From: an uncultured Pirellulaceae bacterium
Lineage (GTDB): Bacteria; Planctomycetota; Planctomycetia; Pirellulales; Pirellulaceae
DNA length: 64,000 nucleotides
Reading direction: 5' to 3'
Assembly: GCA_964444865.1 (NCBI GenBank)
Contig: CAYUJE010000001.1
Location: 2,500 to 66,499, forward strand
In this document: piece by piece, positions 19,228-28,916 of the stretch
How positions within the stretch are numbered: the stretch's first letter is position 1
Layout of the letters: the number at the start of each line of letters is the position of its first letter
Notes under the pieces: model-generated
The model's database searches: none
Told to the model about the DNA's origin: nothing
The model's input: the letters and a program-made list of their open reading frames with translations, nothing else
Made by a program: the position numbers and the translations under genes

Positions 19228-19635
19228 ATGCCGGTGCAGATGCAGTTGTCTCGGATCATCATCAGCGAGATCTCGGATCAGCAGTTCATTTGCCTCCGCG
19301 AAGTGGAGGGGGCGCGCGAATTCTCGATTGTGATTGGTCATTTTGAGGCCAGCAGCATCAGTGCTGGCGTGAAACGAGTCGTATCACCCCGGCCAAGGAC
19401 GCATGAATTGCTGGTGGCGACGGTGGAGCAGCTCGGAGGGCAGCTTGATAGCGTGGAAGTGAGCGAACTCAGGGACCACATCTACTTCGCCAAACTACGT
19501 ATCCGTAAAGAGGGGGAGATCGTCGAAGTTGACTCTCGCCCTTCGGATGCTATCGCGATCGCCGTCGCCTGCGATCCTCCCTTGCCGATTTATGTCGCGG
19601 AAGACGTGCTGGAGGAGACTTCCGAGGGGGGCTGA
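19228..19635 (+). CDS. bifunctional nuclease (DUF151/BFN) family protein
   Basis: 135-aa ORF. The pattern FICLREVEGAREFSIVIGHFEA...RPRTHELL...VEVDSRPSDAIAIAV matches the DUF151 pattern. Confidence 0.7.
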   Translation: MPVQMQLSRIIISEISDQQFICLREVEGAREFSIVIGHFEASSISAGVKRVVSPRPRTHELLVATVEQLGGQLDSVEVSELRDHIYFAKLRIRKEGEIVEVDSRPSDAIAIAVACDPPLPIYVAEDVLEETSEGG

Positions 19636-19868
19636 GGCAAAGTTAATCATGCCGAGCCCCCTCTTCTCCGGTCGGATCGCGGCTTGTCGTAAGTCCCTTA
19701 ACTTGCTACTCTTACCTGTTCCCACCCGGCTGAACCATTGGGCTGCTGCGCTGTTGCGGCGGCCAGCGGGGAGGGGAACAACTCTAGCTACAGCTTGCAG
19801 GCGGCTCTTTTCGCTAGCTTCCCGCGTGGGAATGCAGCCGCAGTCAAGCCCAAGGTCTTTTACTGTTT

Positions 19869-21686
19869 ATGGTTAATCGCACGCTGATCCGAGATCTGGA
19901 AAACGACCCCGATATCCAGTCGATGTTTGAGTCCGAAATTGAGGGCTTCACCGACGAGGGTATGGACCCGACCGGGGCGAATGAATCATTTGACGTGAAT
20001 AAGATCGTCGAGGGGCGGATTCTCCGCGTCGCCGACGGCATGGTGATGATTGATATCGGCTTTAAGAGCGAAGGCTCGATTTCGCTGAATGAATGGGACG
20101 AAGGGGAAGAACCTCCCCAGGTGGGACAGCTCGTCCGCGTGCTGATTGAAGACCTGGAAGATGAACAGGCCCAGCTTGACGACAGCGGCATGGTCCGCAT
20201 CAGCAAGCGGAAGGCGAAGAAGCAGGACGACTGGGAAGAGATGATGAAGCGGGTGAAGGAAGGAGACGTCGTCACCGGCGTCGCCACCCGCAAGATCAAG
20301 GGTGGTTTGCTCGTCGATATCACGGGCGTCAACGTCTTTCTCCCCGCCAGCCAGGTCGACATCCGCCGCCCGTCCGACATCGGCGATTACATCGGCCGGA
20401 CCGTACAGTGCGAAGTGCTGAAAATCGACGCGGCCCGCCGCAACATCGTTGTTTCCCGCCGCTCGCTGATTGAGAAGCAGCGCGAGACCGACCGCGAGGC
20501 CCTCCTCTCCGGCCTGAACGTCGGCGACACCCGCAAAGGCGTGGTCAAGAACATCGCCGAATTCGGCGCGTTCGTGGACCTCGGCGGCATCGACGGCCTC
20601 TTGCATATTACCGACATGAGCTGGGAGCGAATCGGCCATCCCACCGAGATGGTCGCCATCGATCAGGAACTGGAAGTCAAGGTCTTGCACATCGACCGGG
20701 AGAAGAAGAAGATCGCCCTTGGTCTCAAGCAGCTCTTGTCCAACCCGTGGGAAAACGTGGTGGACAAGTACCCGGTCAACACGGTGGTCAAGGGTTCCGT
20801 CGTCAACGTGATGAGCTACGGAGCGTTCGTCAAGCTGGAGCCCGGCATTGAAGGGCTGGTACATATCAGCGAAATGTCCTGGACCCGCCGCGTGAATCAT
20901 CCCAGCGAGCTGGTGAACATTGGCGACGAAATCAGCGTTGTCATTCTCGGCGTCGACAAGGAAGGGCAGCAACTTTCCCTCGGCATGAAGCAGACGCAGG
21001 AAAATCCCTGGACCCGAGTGGCCGAAAAGTATCCAGTCGATGCCCTCGTCGAAGGCAAGGTCCGCAACCTCACCAACTACGGAGCGTTCATCGAGTTGGA
21101 AGAGGGTATCGACGGCCTGTTGCACGTTTCCGACATGTCCTGGACCCGCAAGATCAGCCATCCCAGCGAAATGCTGGAAAAGGGGCAGGCGGTGAAGTGC
21201 AAGATTCTCTCCGTCGATCAGGAACGGCGGCGGATCGCCCTCGGGCTCAAGCAGCTTGACGAAGATCCGTGGGCCGCCAACATTCCGGGCAAGTATGCTC
21301 CGGGCCAGGTGGTGACCGGCACCGTGACGAAGATCACGAACTTCGGCGTCTTTGTCGGCCTGGAAGACGGGCTGGAAGGACTCCTCCACATCTCGGAACT
21401 CGCCGACCACAAGGTCGAGAATCCCGAAGATGTGGTCAAGGTTGGGGACAAGATCGAAGTCAAGGTTTTGCGAGTCGATATCGACGAACGCAAGATCGGC
21501 CTTTCCCGCAAGCGCGTGGAGTGGAGCGAGGACGCAATTGCCGCCGCCGATGCGGCCGAGGCTGCGGCCAATCCGCCCCCGAAGGAGAAGAAACCCCGTG
21601 GCGAACTCAAGGGTGGCCTCGGTGGCGGTGGCCCGCTGATTGCTCCGCCGACGGCGGAGAAGGAAGAAGAGCCGGCAGCGGAATAA
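19869..21686 (+). CDS. rpsA: 30S ribosomal protein S1
   Basis: 605-aa ORF with six S1-domain repeats (G.V....FGAFV.L..GIDGLLHISD...). Confidence 0.9.
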   Translation: MVNRTLIRDLENDPDIQSMFESEIEGFTDEGMDPTGANESFDVNKIVEGRILRVADGMVMIDIGFKSEGSISLNEWDEGEEPPQVGQLVRVLIEDLEDEQAQLDDSGMVRISKRKAKKQDDWEEMMKRVKEGDVVTGVATRKIKGGLLVDITGVNVFLPASQVDIRRPSDIGDYIGRTVQCEVLKIDAARRNIVVSRRSLIEKQRETDREALLSGLNVGDTRKGVVKNIAEFGAFVDLGGIDGLLHITDMSWERIGHPTEMVAIDQELEVKVLHIDREKKKIALGLKQLLSNPWENVVDKYPVNTVVKGSVVNVMSYGAFVKLEPGIEGLVHISEMSWTRRVNHPSELVNIGDEISVVILGVDKEGQQLSLGMKQTQENPWTRVAEKYPVDALVEGKVRNLTNYGAFIELEEGIDGLLHVSDMSWTRKISHPSEMLEKGQAVKCKILSVDQERRRIALGLKQLDEDPWAANIPGKYAPGQVVTGTVTKITNFGVFVGLEDGLEGLLHISELADHKVENPEDVVKVGDKIEVKVLRVDIDERKIGLSRKRVEWSEDAIAAADAAEAAANPPPKEKKPRGELKGGLGGGGPLIAPPTAEKEEEPAAE

Positions 21687-21706
21687 CACTCTGCCGGTTG
21701 AAATGG

Positions 21707-21779
21707 GTGGCACGCCCACGGCTCTGCGTGGGCGTGATCCAGTTGTTACACGCCCACGCAAAGCCGTGGTCGTGCCACT
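21707..21779. repeat. REP-like element pair (cacgcccacg-loop-cgtgggcgtg) in inverted orientation
   Basis: The hairpins are 21711..21736 and 21749..21774, immediately downstream of rpsA. A related copy is at 50095..50123. Confidence 0.8.
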
Positions 21780-21786
21780 CGGAAAA

Positions 21787-22437
21787 CTATTCCCGCAGCG
21801 CGCCTACCGCGTTGCCAACCTGTCCGTGGATTTCGGAAGTGGCCCGGATCACGAGAACCTGGAGTTGCGGAAAGTAGAAGATTGTTCCGGGGCCGCCAGC
21901 AACGTCCCAGAAGTCGGGGCTGATGGTCCGCTGAATCAGCTCGATGAGCTGTTGGGCATTTACATCGGTCTGCGATGCTCCGCCGCGAGGGATGAGTCCG
22001 CTAGGACTGCCGCTGGCGAAGTCGGCCAGAGTCATCGCCCCCGCAAGGTTGCTGGACGCATACTGGGCTGCTTCCGCCTGAGCGTCATCTAGTTGCGGCT
22101 GACCGTCCTTGGCCAGTTGCCGCTTGAGTTCGGCTTTCACCTTCATCAGCCGGCCCCAGATTTTGGCCCGCAGGCTCTGCATCTGGTCGAGCGTGGAAAA
22201 TCGCTCGTCGCTTGTGATCTCGTAATGCAACGTGCAAAGCTGCTCAATCGCCTTCCCCCGCTCTGGCAGACTCTTGGCATTGGCTTCCCGCTTGAGGGCC
22301 GCGCTAATGTCCCGATCGATCTCCGCCGCCAACCGCTTGGCCGGCTTGGCCTCGGCATCCTTGGATTTGGCGGTCTCAGAATTGCTTGCCGCCGGCGCGC
22401 CCAGCGCAAGAGCCGAGCAAAGAATGAACGTAACCAT
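21787..22437 (-). CDS. hypothetical secreted protein
   Basis: 216-aa ORF with a signal peptide. The C-terminal motif ISPDFWDVAGGPGTIFYFPQLQVLVIRATSEIHGQV resembles a module seen in planctomycete secretin-associated proteins. Confidence 0.5.
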   Translation of the reverse strand: MVTFILCSALALGAPAASNSETAKSKDAEAKPAKRLAAEIDRDISAALKREANAKSLPERGKAIEQLCTLHYEITSDERFSTLDQMQSLRAKIWGRLMKVKAELKRQLAKDGQPQLDDAQAEAAQYASSNLAGAMTLADFASGSPSGLIPRGGASQTDVNAQQLIELIQRTISPDFWDVAGGPGTIFYFPQLQVLVIRATSEIHGQVGNAVGALRE

Positions 22438-22529
22438 GACCGATTCTCCTCACTCGCCGTGCCCCTACGCCCGGCGGGTTGATCCTTAGTGTAGAGAATC
22501 AGCGGTGGGGAGGTCAAACGGAATTCACA

Positions 22530-22579
22530 GTCGCCTTTCGCTCCGCGAAAGGCCGGACTTTCGCGGAGCGAAAGTCAAC
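22530..22579. repeat. REP-like double hairpin (cctttcgctccgcgaaagg / ctttcgcggagcgaaag)
   Basis: The element is palindromic and lies directly downstream of the rseP stop. A second copy is at 34304..34351. Confidence 0.8.
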
Positions 22580-22580
22580 A

Positions 22581-24743
22581 CTATTGGAACCACCTTTGCA
22601 CATCCATCGCGGTGGCAAACAGCATCAGCGAGAGCAGAAAGGCGAGCCCTCCGATGCTGAGCCAGCCCTGGATGTGCGGCGGCACCGGTTTGCGGCGGAT
22701 TCCTTCCGCGGCGAGAAACAGCATGTGCCCGCCGTCGAGGACCGGAATCGGCAAAAAGTTGATGATTGCCAGATTCGCGCTCAGCATCACCAAAAACATC
22801 AACAGCATCGGGATGCTATGGCTCGCCGAATAACCGGCAGCCTGAATGATGCCGGCGGGACCGGAGAGATGTTTGGGGGAAATGCGACGTGAAACAAGCT
22901 GGGAAAGGGTCATCACCACATCTCCCAGCCGTTCCCGCACTTCGCGAAAACCGAGGACGAATGCTTCGGCAACGCCCGCCGCCTGATGCTTGACCTCGAC
23001 CGGTCGGAAAGCCAGCCCACGACGCTCGTCGAAAAAGACTTTGGAATCGGTGGGGGTGAGCGTCGCCTTTACTTCCTTCGCTCCCCGCTTCGCGGTCAAC
23101 TCGACCTGGGTATCGGGTCGGACCGATTGCAACTGGTAATGGATGCGGGTCCAGGTGCGCAGCTCGTTATCTAGTTCCATTGGTTTGCCGAAATCCTTGC
23201 CTAGCGGGCCATCTTCCACCTCCTCCTGCCTGGCTTTGTCGGTCACCGCGACGAACTGAGATGCGGTGACCACATCGCCAGCTGTCAGGCCAGCCTTTTC
23301 GGCAGAACTGCCCGACTCGACCGACGCGATTTCATTCGTGATGTCGAACGCCAGTCCAATGCTCTCGATTGTCGTCGGCCCTCCAAATGGGAAAGTATCC
23401 TGATACTGCAACGGAGCGACAGGATCGACCGCAAGCTCTTTTGTTGAGGATTTGCCACTAGCATCCTGACGTGACACGACAAACTTGTACTCTTCCCCGC
23501 TCTTGCCCGCAGGAATCAAACGCTGTCCCAACGAGAGCGGGTCACCCACCGGCGCTCCGTTGACTTGTTCGATAACGTCGCCCTTTTGAAAGCCAGCTTT
23601 GGCGGCAGGGGAGTTTTCGCGAATGGAGACGACGGGGCCGATTTTCATCACCAACCCCAGCGTCCGCATCGGGCGCTCTGGCAGAGCTACTTCGATGCGT
23701 CGCTTGGGAGCATCCTTTTTGGGCTCGGCAGCCCCCTCTTCCTTCTCCGCCCGTTCCACCGTCACTTTCAGCGGCCCAGAGGGATGGCTGGCGAGGAGTT
23801 CGTTAACGCGGGGATCGAATTTGGCGGGGTCGGATTCAAGTTCGGTGCCCGATATGGCAACCAGAACATCTCCGCTTTCAACACCTCCGACTTTTTCGGA
23901 ATTCTTGCTGGAAACCACCACTCGGCGGCTGCTGGCGGCATAAAAGCCAAGAGAGGGGAAATCGGTTTCCTTTTTGGTTCGGCCACTGGGGCGGAGGGTA
24001 TACCATTCCTCCTTGCCATCCAAATCTCGAAAGAGAATTTCCAAATCGCGATCATCACCATTGAAAACCACCTTGCGCTTCATGTCGTCAAAGCGAAAGT
24101 GCTCATAGGGTGCCGAGGTCTTTCCAAATTGAATGGCCTTCATCCCGGGATGCAGTTTTTCCCAAGCCGGGCTGCCGGGAACGGTGCCGCCGATGATGGC
24201 GGGCATTTCGGGAACACCCATCCCATAGGCCACCGCGGCAATCAGCACGCCAAAAATCAAATTCATGATCACGCCGGCGGAGATGATTGCCATCCGCGCG
24301 GGGACGGACTTGGCCTGATAGCTGCGGGGATCAAGCTTCACACCCTCTCCCGTTTCGATTTGACTCCGCTCCGTCTCTGCTTCCGCATTGCGAGGATCGT
24401 CATCCTGGCCGAGCATCTTCACGTAGCCTCCCAAGGGGAGAATGCCAATGCCGTATTCGGTTTCACCCCACTGCGCTTTGAACAGCGAATGCGGAATGGT
24501 CAACGGGCCGATTTTCTTGATGGGAAACCAGTCGAAACCGACGTAGAACTTCTCGCACTTCACGCCGCAGGCTTTGGCCACGAGAAAGTGCCCCAGTTCG
24601 TGGACGAACACGACAAAGCCGAGACCGGCGGCAACGCTGCCGATCATCCAGGCATAACTAAGAATCGTTTCGAGTATTGACGGTTCGGGAGTCAAGGCCG
24701 CAATCAGGGACAAATCCACCGTGAAATCTCCTGTCGAGCCCAT
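22581..24743 (-). CDS. rseP: RIP (site-2) zinc metalloprotease RseP, M50 family with PDZ domains
   Basis: 720-aa ORF with the HELGHFLVAKACG motif, multiple TM segments and internal PDZ-like regions. It follows dxr, which is the conserved synteny. Confidence 0.85.
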   Translation of the reverse strand: MGSTGDFTVDLSLIAALTPEPSILETILSYAWMIGSVAAGLGFVVFVHELGHFLVAKACGVKCEKFYVGFDWFPIKKIGPLTIPHSLFKAQWGETEYGIGILPLGGYVKMLGQDDDPRNAEAETERSQIETGEGVKLDPRSYQAKSVPARMAIISAGVIMNLIFGVLIAAVAYGMGVPEMPAIIGGTVPGSPAWEKLHPGMKAIQFGKTSAPYEHFRFDDMKRKVVFNGDDRDLEILFRDLDGKEEWYTLRPSGRTKKETDFPSLGFYAASSRRVVVSSKNSEKVGGVESGDVLVAISGTELESDPAKFDPRVNELLASHPSGPLKVTVERAEKEEGAAEPKKDAPKRRIEVALPERPMRTLGLVMKIGPVVSIRENSPAAKAGFQKGDVIEQVNGAPVGDPLSLGQRLIPAGKSGEEYKFVVSRQDASGKSSTKELAVDPVAPLQYQDTFPFGGPTTIESIGLAFDITNEIASVESGSSAEKAGLTAGDVVTASQFVAVTDKARQEEVEDGPLGKDFGKPMELDNELRTWTRIHYQLQSVRPDTQVELTAKRGAKEVKATLTPTDSKVFFDERRGLAFRPVEVKHQAAGVAEAFVLGFREVRERLGDVVMTLSQLVSRRISPKHLSGPAGIIQAAGYSASHSIPMLLMFLVMLSANLAIINFLPIPVLDGGHMLFLAAEGIRRKPVPPHIQGWLSIGGLAFLLSLMLFATAMDVQRWFQ

Positions 24744-25867
24744 TGGTCAAGCCGCAAAAGCTCTTCCAGCGTGGGGTTGGAATCAAATGGGTGATGCTGA
24801 AGGACACTCTCACATGCAGAGACGATTCTCATAAAGGGAATATCTCCCGCTAAAAAGGCCGCCACCGCGGCTTCGTTCGCTGCATTCAGTACGGCTCCGG
24901 CGGTCCCGCCGGCTTGGGCAACTTCCCGCCCCAGTCGCAGGGCGGGAAAGCGGTCTTCGTCCGGCGGCTCGAAATCGAGCTGCATGGACTGCGTCAGGTC
25001 GAGCTTTTTCGCCGGCCCTTCCCGCCGCTCCGGCCAAGTCAGTGCGTACTGGATGGGGAGCTTCATGTCGGGGGGGCTGAGCTGAGCAAGCACACTGCCG
25101 TCCTTGAATTCTACCAAGGAATGGACAATTGACTGCGGGTGAATCACCACATCGATCTGATTTGGAGGCAAATCGAACAGCCAGCGGGCTTCGATGATTT
25201 CCAGGGCTTTGTTCATCATGGTGGCGGAATCGACGGTGATTTTTGGCCCCATTTGCCAGGTGGGGTGGGCCAAAGCGTCCTTTACCGTCACACTTTGCAT
25301 CTGCTGGGCCGAAAAGCGGCGAAAGGGGCCACCGCTTGCCGTCAGGATGATTCTACGCAGATCCTCCCGCCGGCCGCAGGCCAGGGCCTGAAACACTGCA
25401 CTATGTTCGCTATCCACGGGCAAAATCTTGGCATTCCGCTTAGCCGCCATCGTCATTACCAACGGACCCGCCATGACGAGCGTTTCTTTGTTCGCCAGAG
25501 CCACCGTCTTTCCGGACTCCAAGGCGGCCCAAGTCCCTGTCAGGCCAGCACTTCCGACGATTGCAGCCACCACGACATCCGCCCCTTCCGCGCTCGCCAC
25601 CTGCTGCACCCCTTCCTGGCCCACCAGCAGTTTGGTCCCCTTAGGTAGCGCCGACCAATCGAATCGTTCGGCTTCTGCCGGATCGGTCGCCACAACCCAA
25701 GGAACAGAGAATTCGGCAGCTTGCTGGCAAAGGAGTGCCAGTTTCTTGTTGGCTGATAGCGCAAATACCCTTAGGAGTCCTTGTGACTCCCGGACAACCT
25801 CAAGTGTGCTTTTGCCAATACTCCCGGTTGAGCCCAGAATTGCGATGCTGCGGGATGGCTCGGACAT
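24704..25867 (-). CDS. dxr: 1-deoxy-D-xylulose 5-phosphate reductoisomerase
   Basis: The ORF extends to 26203. The conserved N-terminus MSEPSRSIAILGSTGSIGKSTLEVV begins at the ATG at 25867. Motifs PVDSEHSA and NKALE are present. Confidence 0.9.
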   Translation of the reverse strand: MSEPSRSIAILGSTGSIGKSTLEVVRESQGLLRVFALSANKKLALLCQQAAEFSVPWVVATDPAEAERFDWSALPKGTKLLVGQEGVQQVASAEGADVVVAAIVGSAGLTGTWAALESGKTVALANKETLVMAGPLVMTMAAKRNAKILPVDSEHSAVFQALACGRREDLRRIILTASGGPFRRFSAQQMQSVTVKDALAHPTWQMGPKITVDSATMMNKALEIIEARWLFDLPPNQIDVVIHPQSIVHSLVEFKDGSVLAQLSPPDMKLPIQYALTWPERREGPAKKLDLTQSMQLDFEPPDEDRFPALRLGREVAQAGGTAGAVLNAANEAAVAAFLAGDIPFMRIVSACESVLQHHPFDSNPTLEELLRLDQWARQEISRWICP

Positions 25868-26127
25868 GGAGTGACCAGCAGAAAAATCGCTTACCGAAGG
25901 ACAGAAAATTCGCCCGCGCAATGCCCGGTGGACGAGCCGTAAATAAAATCCTGGCTTACACTTGGGATGTTCGCCATTGTAGAAGTCATCCCCCGCGCCA
26001 ACAACCCGGATTTGACTGCCGCCTGCCACAGTTGCCGGGGACTGTATACTAATCACAAGTAGTATGCAGGGCGATTCGCTTGTGAATCCTGCGACCAAAG
26101 GACGCATTTCCTCAATCTGAGCAATCC

Positions 26128-28218
26128 ATGAGTCAAGAAAACGGCTCCGGCCGCAACCGAGATCGTGACCGCGGCGATGGCGAGGGGCGTGGCCCTTCCG
26201 CATTTAATGTGCTGCTGTGGGTCTCACTCGTTTCCCTGGTGATTCTGTTGGGCTGGAGCCAAGCGGTCTCGCTTTTTCGGGTGGAGCTTTCGCCGAGCGA
26301 TCTACAGAAGCTCATCGCGAAAAGTGGGCAGAACAACGAAGGCGATAACTTCATCGACGTCAAAACGTCTACAAAGCCGGCCCGAATTTACCGCTTTTCA
26401 AATATCCGCGATTTGACGATTACCGACAAATCGATGTCCGGCAAGGTTAATCGGGTCGAGCTCAAAGCCAAAGATGGAGGGACCTTTGAGCCGGAAGCTT
26501 CTACCAATGCAGAGAATCTCAGTTTTCATACCCCGCTGCTTAAAGAATCTTCCATCCGAAAAACGTTGGAAGAAGCTGCGGAAAAAAGTGGGCTCAAGCC
26601 CACGTTTTCCGAAGCCAACCCCATGGAAACCTATGGCATGGGGCTCATGATCTTTGTCTTGATTTCCGTGGGACTCTATTTCATCGTGCGGCGCATCGGC
26701 GGCATTGCGTCCCCCATGTCCTTCGGGCGGAGCAAAGGTCGCCTCTATGCGATTGAAGACCTTGGCATCACGTTCAACGATGTTGCCGGCATTGACGAAG
26801 CGGTGGACGAAGTCCGCGAAGTGGTCGATTTCCTCCGCTCTCCCGAAAAATACCAGCGCCTCGGCGGCCGAATTCCCAAGGGAGTGCTTCTCGTCGGCCC
26901 TCCGGGAACTGGCAAGACGCTGCTCGCCAAGGCCATTGCTGGCGAAGCGGGCGTGCCGTTCTTCAGCCTCTCCGGTTCCGACTTCGTGGAAATGTTCGTC
27001 GGCGTCGGTGCAGCTCGCGTGCGCGATATGTTCACTCAAGCGGAAGCCAAGGCTCCCTGCATTATTTTCATCGACGAACTTGACGCTCTTGGCAAAAGCC
27101 GCGGCACCGGAATCATGGGAGGCCATGACGAGCGGGAGCAGACGCTCAACGCCTTGCTCGTCGAAATGGACGGCTTTGGCAGCAACAGTGGCGTGATTGT
27201 GATGGCGGCAACCAACCGCCCGGAAACGCTGGATGCCGCTCTGCTTCGCCCTGGCCGTTTTGATCGGCATGTGTTGGTGGACCGGCCGGATATCAAGGGG
27301 CGCGAGGACATTCTGAAAGTCCACGTCAAAGTTGTAAAGCTTGATCCAAATATTGATCTCAAGGAAGTCGCCTCCATCACTCCCGGCTTTGTTGGAGCAG
27401 ACCTGGCAAATCTCGTCAACGAAGCCGCCTTGCTTGCTGCTCGCAAGGAAAAGGCCGCAGTCGGTATGGCCGAGTTTAATGAAGGGGTGGAGAGAGTCAC
27501 GGCTGGTTTGGAAAAGAAGCAGCGAGTGATGAACGAGGACGAAAAGCTCCGCGTTGCCTATCACGAAAGCGGTCATGCACTCGTCGCTTACAGCCTGCCC
27601 AACACCGATCCCGTGCATAAGGTCAGCATCATTCCCCGCGGCCTTGCCGCCCTGGGCTATACGATGCAGCGGCCGGAGGGGGATCGTTTTCTGATGACTC
27701 AGTCAGAACTCGAAAGCCGCATTCAGGTGTTGCTCGCCGGCACGATTACCGAAGAGATGGTCTTTCACGACATTTCGACGGGTGCGCAGAACGATCTGGA
27801 GCGGGCCACCGATATTGCTTCCAGCATGGTGATGGAATATGGCATGAGCCGCCTGGGACGAGTGAATTATCGGGAAAGCAATCGCTCCCCGTTTCTGGCC
27901 GGAGCCGGCGGAGAAGAAAAAACTCGCAGCCACAGCGAAAAGACGGCTCGTGAAATTGATGAGGAAATTCGCCGAATTATCGACGAATCGATCGAAAAGG
28001 TCCGTCACATCTTGGACGTCCGACGTACCGCTTTGGAAGCCCTCACAAAACGTCTCATTGAAGTGGAATCGGTCGATTCGGCCGAACTGAAGCGGATTAT
28101 CGAGGAAACCTCGCCGGGACCGTTGCTCGTGCCCGGTACGGTCCCGTCGGCGATTCGTCCCACGTCCATACCCGCTTCGGAAGAAACGCCGATTTCGGTT
28201 GCTGAGCGGGGACTGTAA
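26128..28218 (+). CDS. ftsH: ATP-dependent zinc metalloprotease FtsH
   Basis: 696-aa ORF with Walker [20 protein letters not shown], the SRH region and the HESGHAL zinc motif. Confidence 0.92.
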   Translation: MSQENGSGRNRDRDRGDGEGRGPSAFNVLLWVSLVSLVILLGWSQAVSLFRVELSPSDLQKLIAKSGQNNEGDNFIDVKTSTKPARIYRFSNIRDLTITDKSMSGKVNRVELKAKDGGTFEPEASTNAENLSFHTPLLKESSIRKTLEEAAEKSGLKPTFSEANPMETYGMGLMIFVLISVGLYFIVRRIGGIASPMSFGRSKGRLYAIEDLGITFNDVAGIDEAVDEVREVVDFLRSPEKYQRLGGRIPKGVLLVGPPGTGKTLLAKAIAGEAGVPFFSLSGSDFVEMFVGVGAARVRDMFTQAEAKAPCIIFIDELDALGKSRGTGIMGGHDEREQTLNALLVEMDGFGSNSGVIVMAATNRPETLDAALLRPGRFDRHVLVDRPDIKGREDILKVHVKVVKLDPNIDLKEVASITPGFVGADLANLVNEAALLAARKEKAAVGMAEFNEGVERVTAGLEKKQRVMNEDEKLRVAYHESGHALVAYSLPNTDPVHKVSIIPRGLAALGYTMQRPEGDRFLMTQSELESRIQVLLAGTITEEMVFHDISTGAQNDLERATDIASSMVMEYGMSRLGRVNYRESNRSPFLAGAGGEEKTRSHSEKTAREIDEEIRRIIDESIEKVRHILDVRRTALEALTKRLIEVESVDSAELKRIIEETSPGPLLVPGTVPSAIRPTSIPASEETPISVAERGL

Positions 28219-28272
28219 CGAAAGCCCAGTAGGAGCGGCTGTCAACAGTTCGATTTTCGATCCCTTCCAGTT

Positions 28273-28602
28273 ATGGCCTTCAGCGAATCCCTAGCCGAAC
28301 GTATTCGAACCGCCTTCGCCGGCAAAAAAGGGATTACCGAAAGGAAGATGTTCGGCGGCATTGGTTTCATGCTCCTGGGGAATCTGCTGGTCGGTGTCTG
28401 GAAAAACTCCCTCATCGCCCGGCTTGGCCCGGAAGCCGGCGAACGTGCACTGGCAGAGGACTTCGTCCGGCCCTTCGATATCACGGGCAAAGCGATGAAG
28501 GGCTGGGTGCTCGTCGAACCCGACGGCATCGAGAGCGATGAGCAACTTGCGGGGTGGATTGAGCGGGCGTGGGAATTCGTAAAGGGGCTGCCGGGGAAGT
28601 AG
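28273..28602 (+). CDS. TfoX/Sxy N-terminal domain family protein
   Basis: 109-aa ORF with the pattern LAERIR....G.TERKMFGGIGFMLLGNLLVGV. Confidence 0.7.
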   Translation: MAFSESLAERIRTAFAGKKGITERKMFGGIGFMLLGNLLVGVWKNSLIARLGPEAGERALAEDFVRPFDITGKAMKGWVLVEPDGIESDEQLAGWIERAWEFVKGLPGK

Positions 28603-28724
28603 AGATTCCTAGCCCTGCCAGAATGACAACCTAGCCATTTCGTCCAGTCGTTCGTGGCCCAACTTTCCGAAATGCTGTCGCTAAGTTGTTGCGGCGCATA
28701 TGCTTCTGGAATATCCATTTTCCC

Positions 28725-28740
28725 TGGCACAGCCCTTGCA
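28725..28740 (+). promoter_or_regulatory. sigma54-type -24/-12 promoter motif
   Basis: TGGCAC-agccc-TTGCA is an exact match to TGGCAC-N5-TTGCW. It lies 177 nt upstream of the groEL-1 GTG start, in the TfoX-groEL intergenic region. Confidence 0.45.
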
Positions 28741-28835
28741 TCTTGTGCCGCCCAAACTGGCTCTGCCTGCCATTTTGGGCGGAGTTGCCGTTTGGTGCCC
28801 CTGCCAATGTGGCTCCAGCCTTTCCCCCCCGCACG

Positions 28836-28892
28836 AAAAACCCGCTCAGGCGGGCAACTACGATCAAAAACCCGCTTCCAGCGGGTCACTAC
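28836..28892 (+). repeat. tandem pair of short hairpins in the groEL-1 leader
   Basis: aaaaacccgctcaggcgggcaactacga is followed by tcaaaaacccgcttccagcgggtcactacga. Each copy has a cccgc/gcggg stem. The pair lies just upstream of the AAGGAGG Shine-Dalgarno sequence. Confidence 0.7.
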
Positions 28893-28916
28893 GAACGACT
28901 AAGGAGGATTCTCAAC

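Noticed and set aside
19986-21761. 591-aa minus-strand ORF antisense to rpsA
   Set aside because: rpsA, with six S1 repeats, is unambiguous on the + strand. The antisense translation has no recognisable domains.
23565-24680. 371-aa + strand ORF antisense to rseP
   Set aside because: It is a shadow ORF inside a gene with a clear HExxH M50 signature.
25868-26203. N-terminal extension of the dxr ORF (112 extra residues)
   Set aside because: The conserved Dxr N-terminus (ILGSTGSIG) follows the internal ATG at 25867. The extension would also overlap the ftsH start region.
26398-27618. 406-aa minus-strand ORF antisense to ftsH
   Set aside because: It is a shadow ORF. The ftsH motifs are unambiguous.
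28836-28892. The tandem repeats in the groEL-1 leader as a CRISPR array
   Set aside because: There are only two short units with essentially no spacer, and no cas genes are present.
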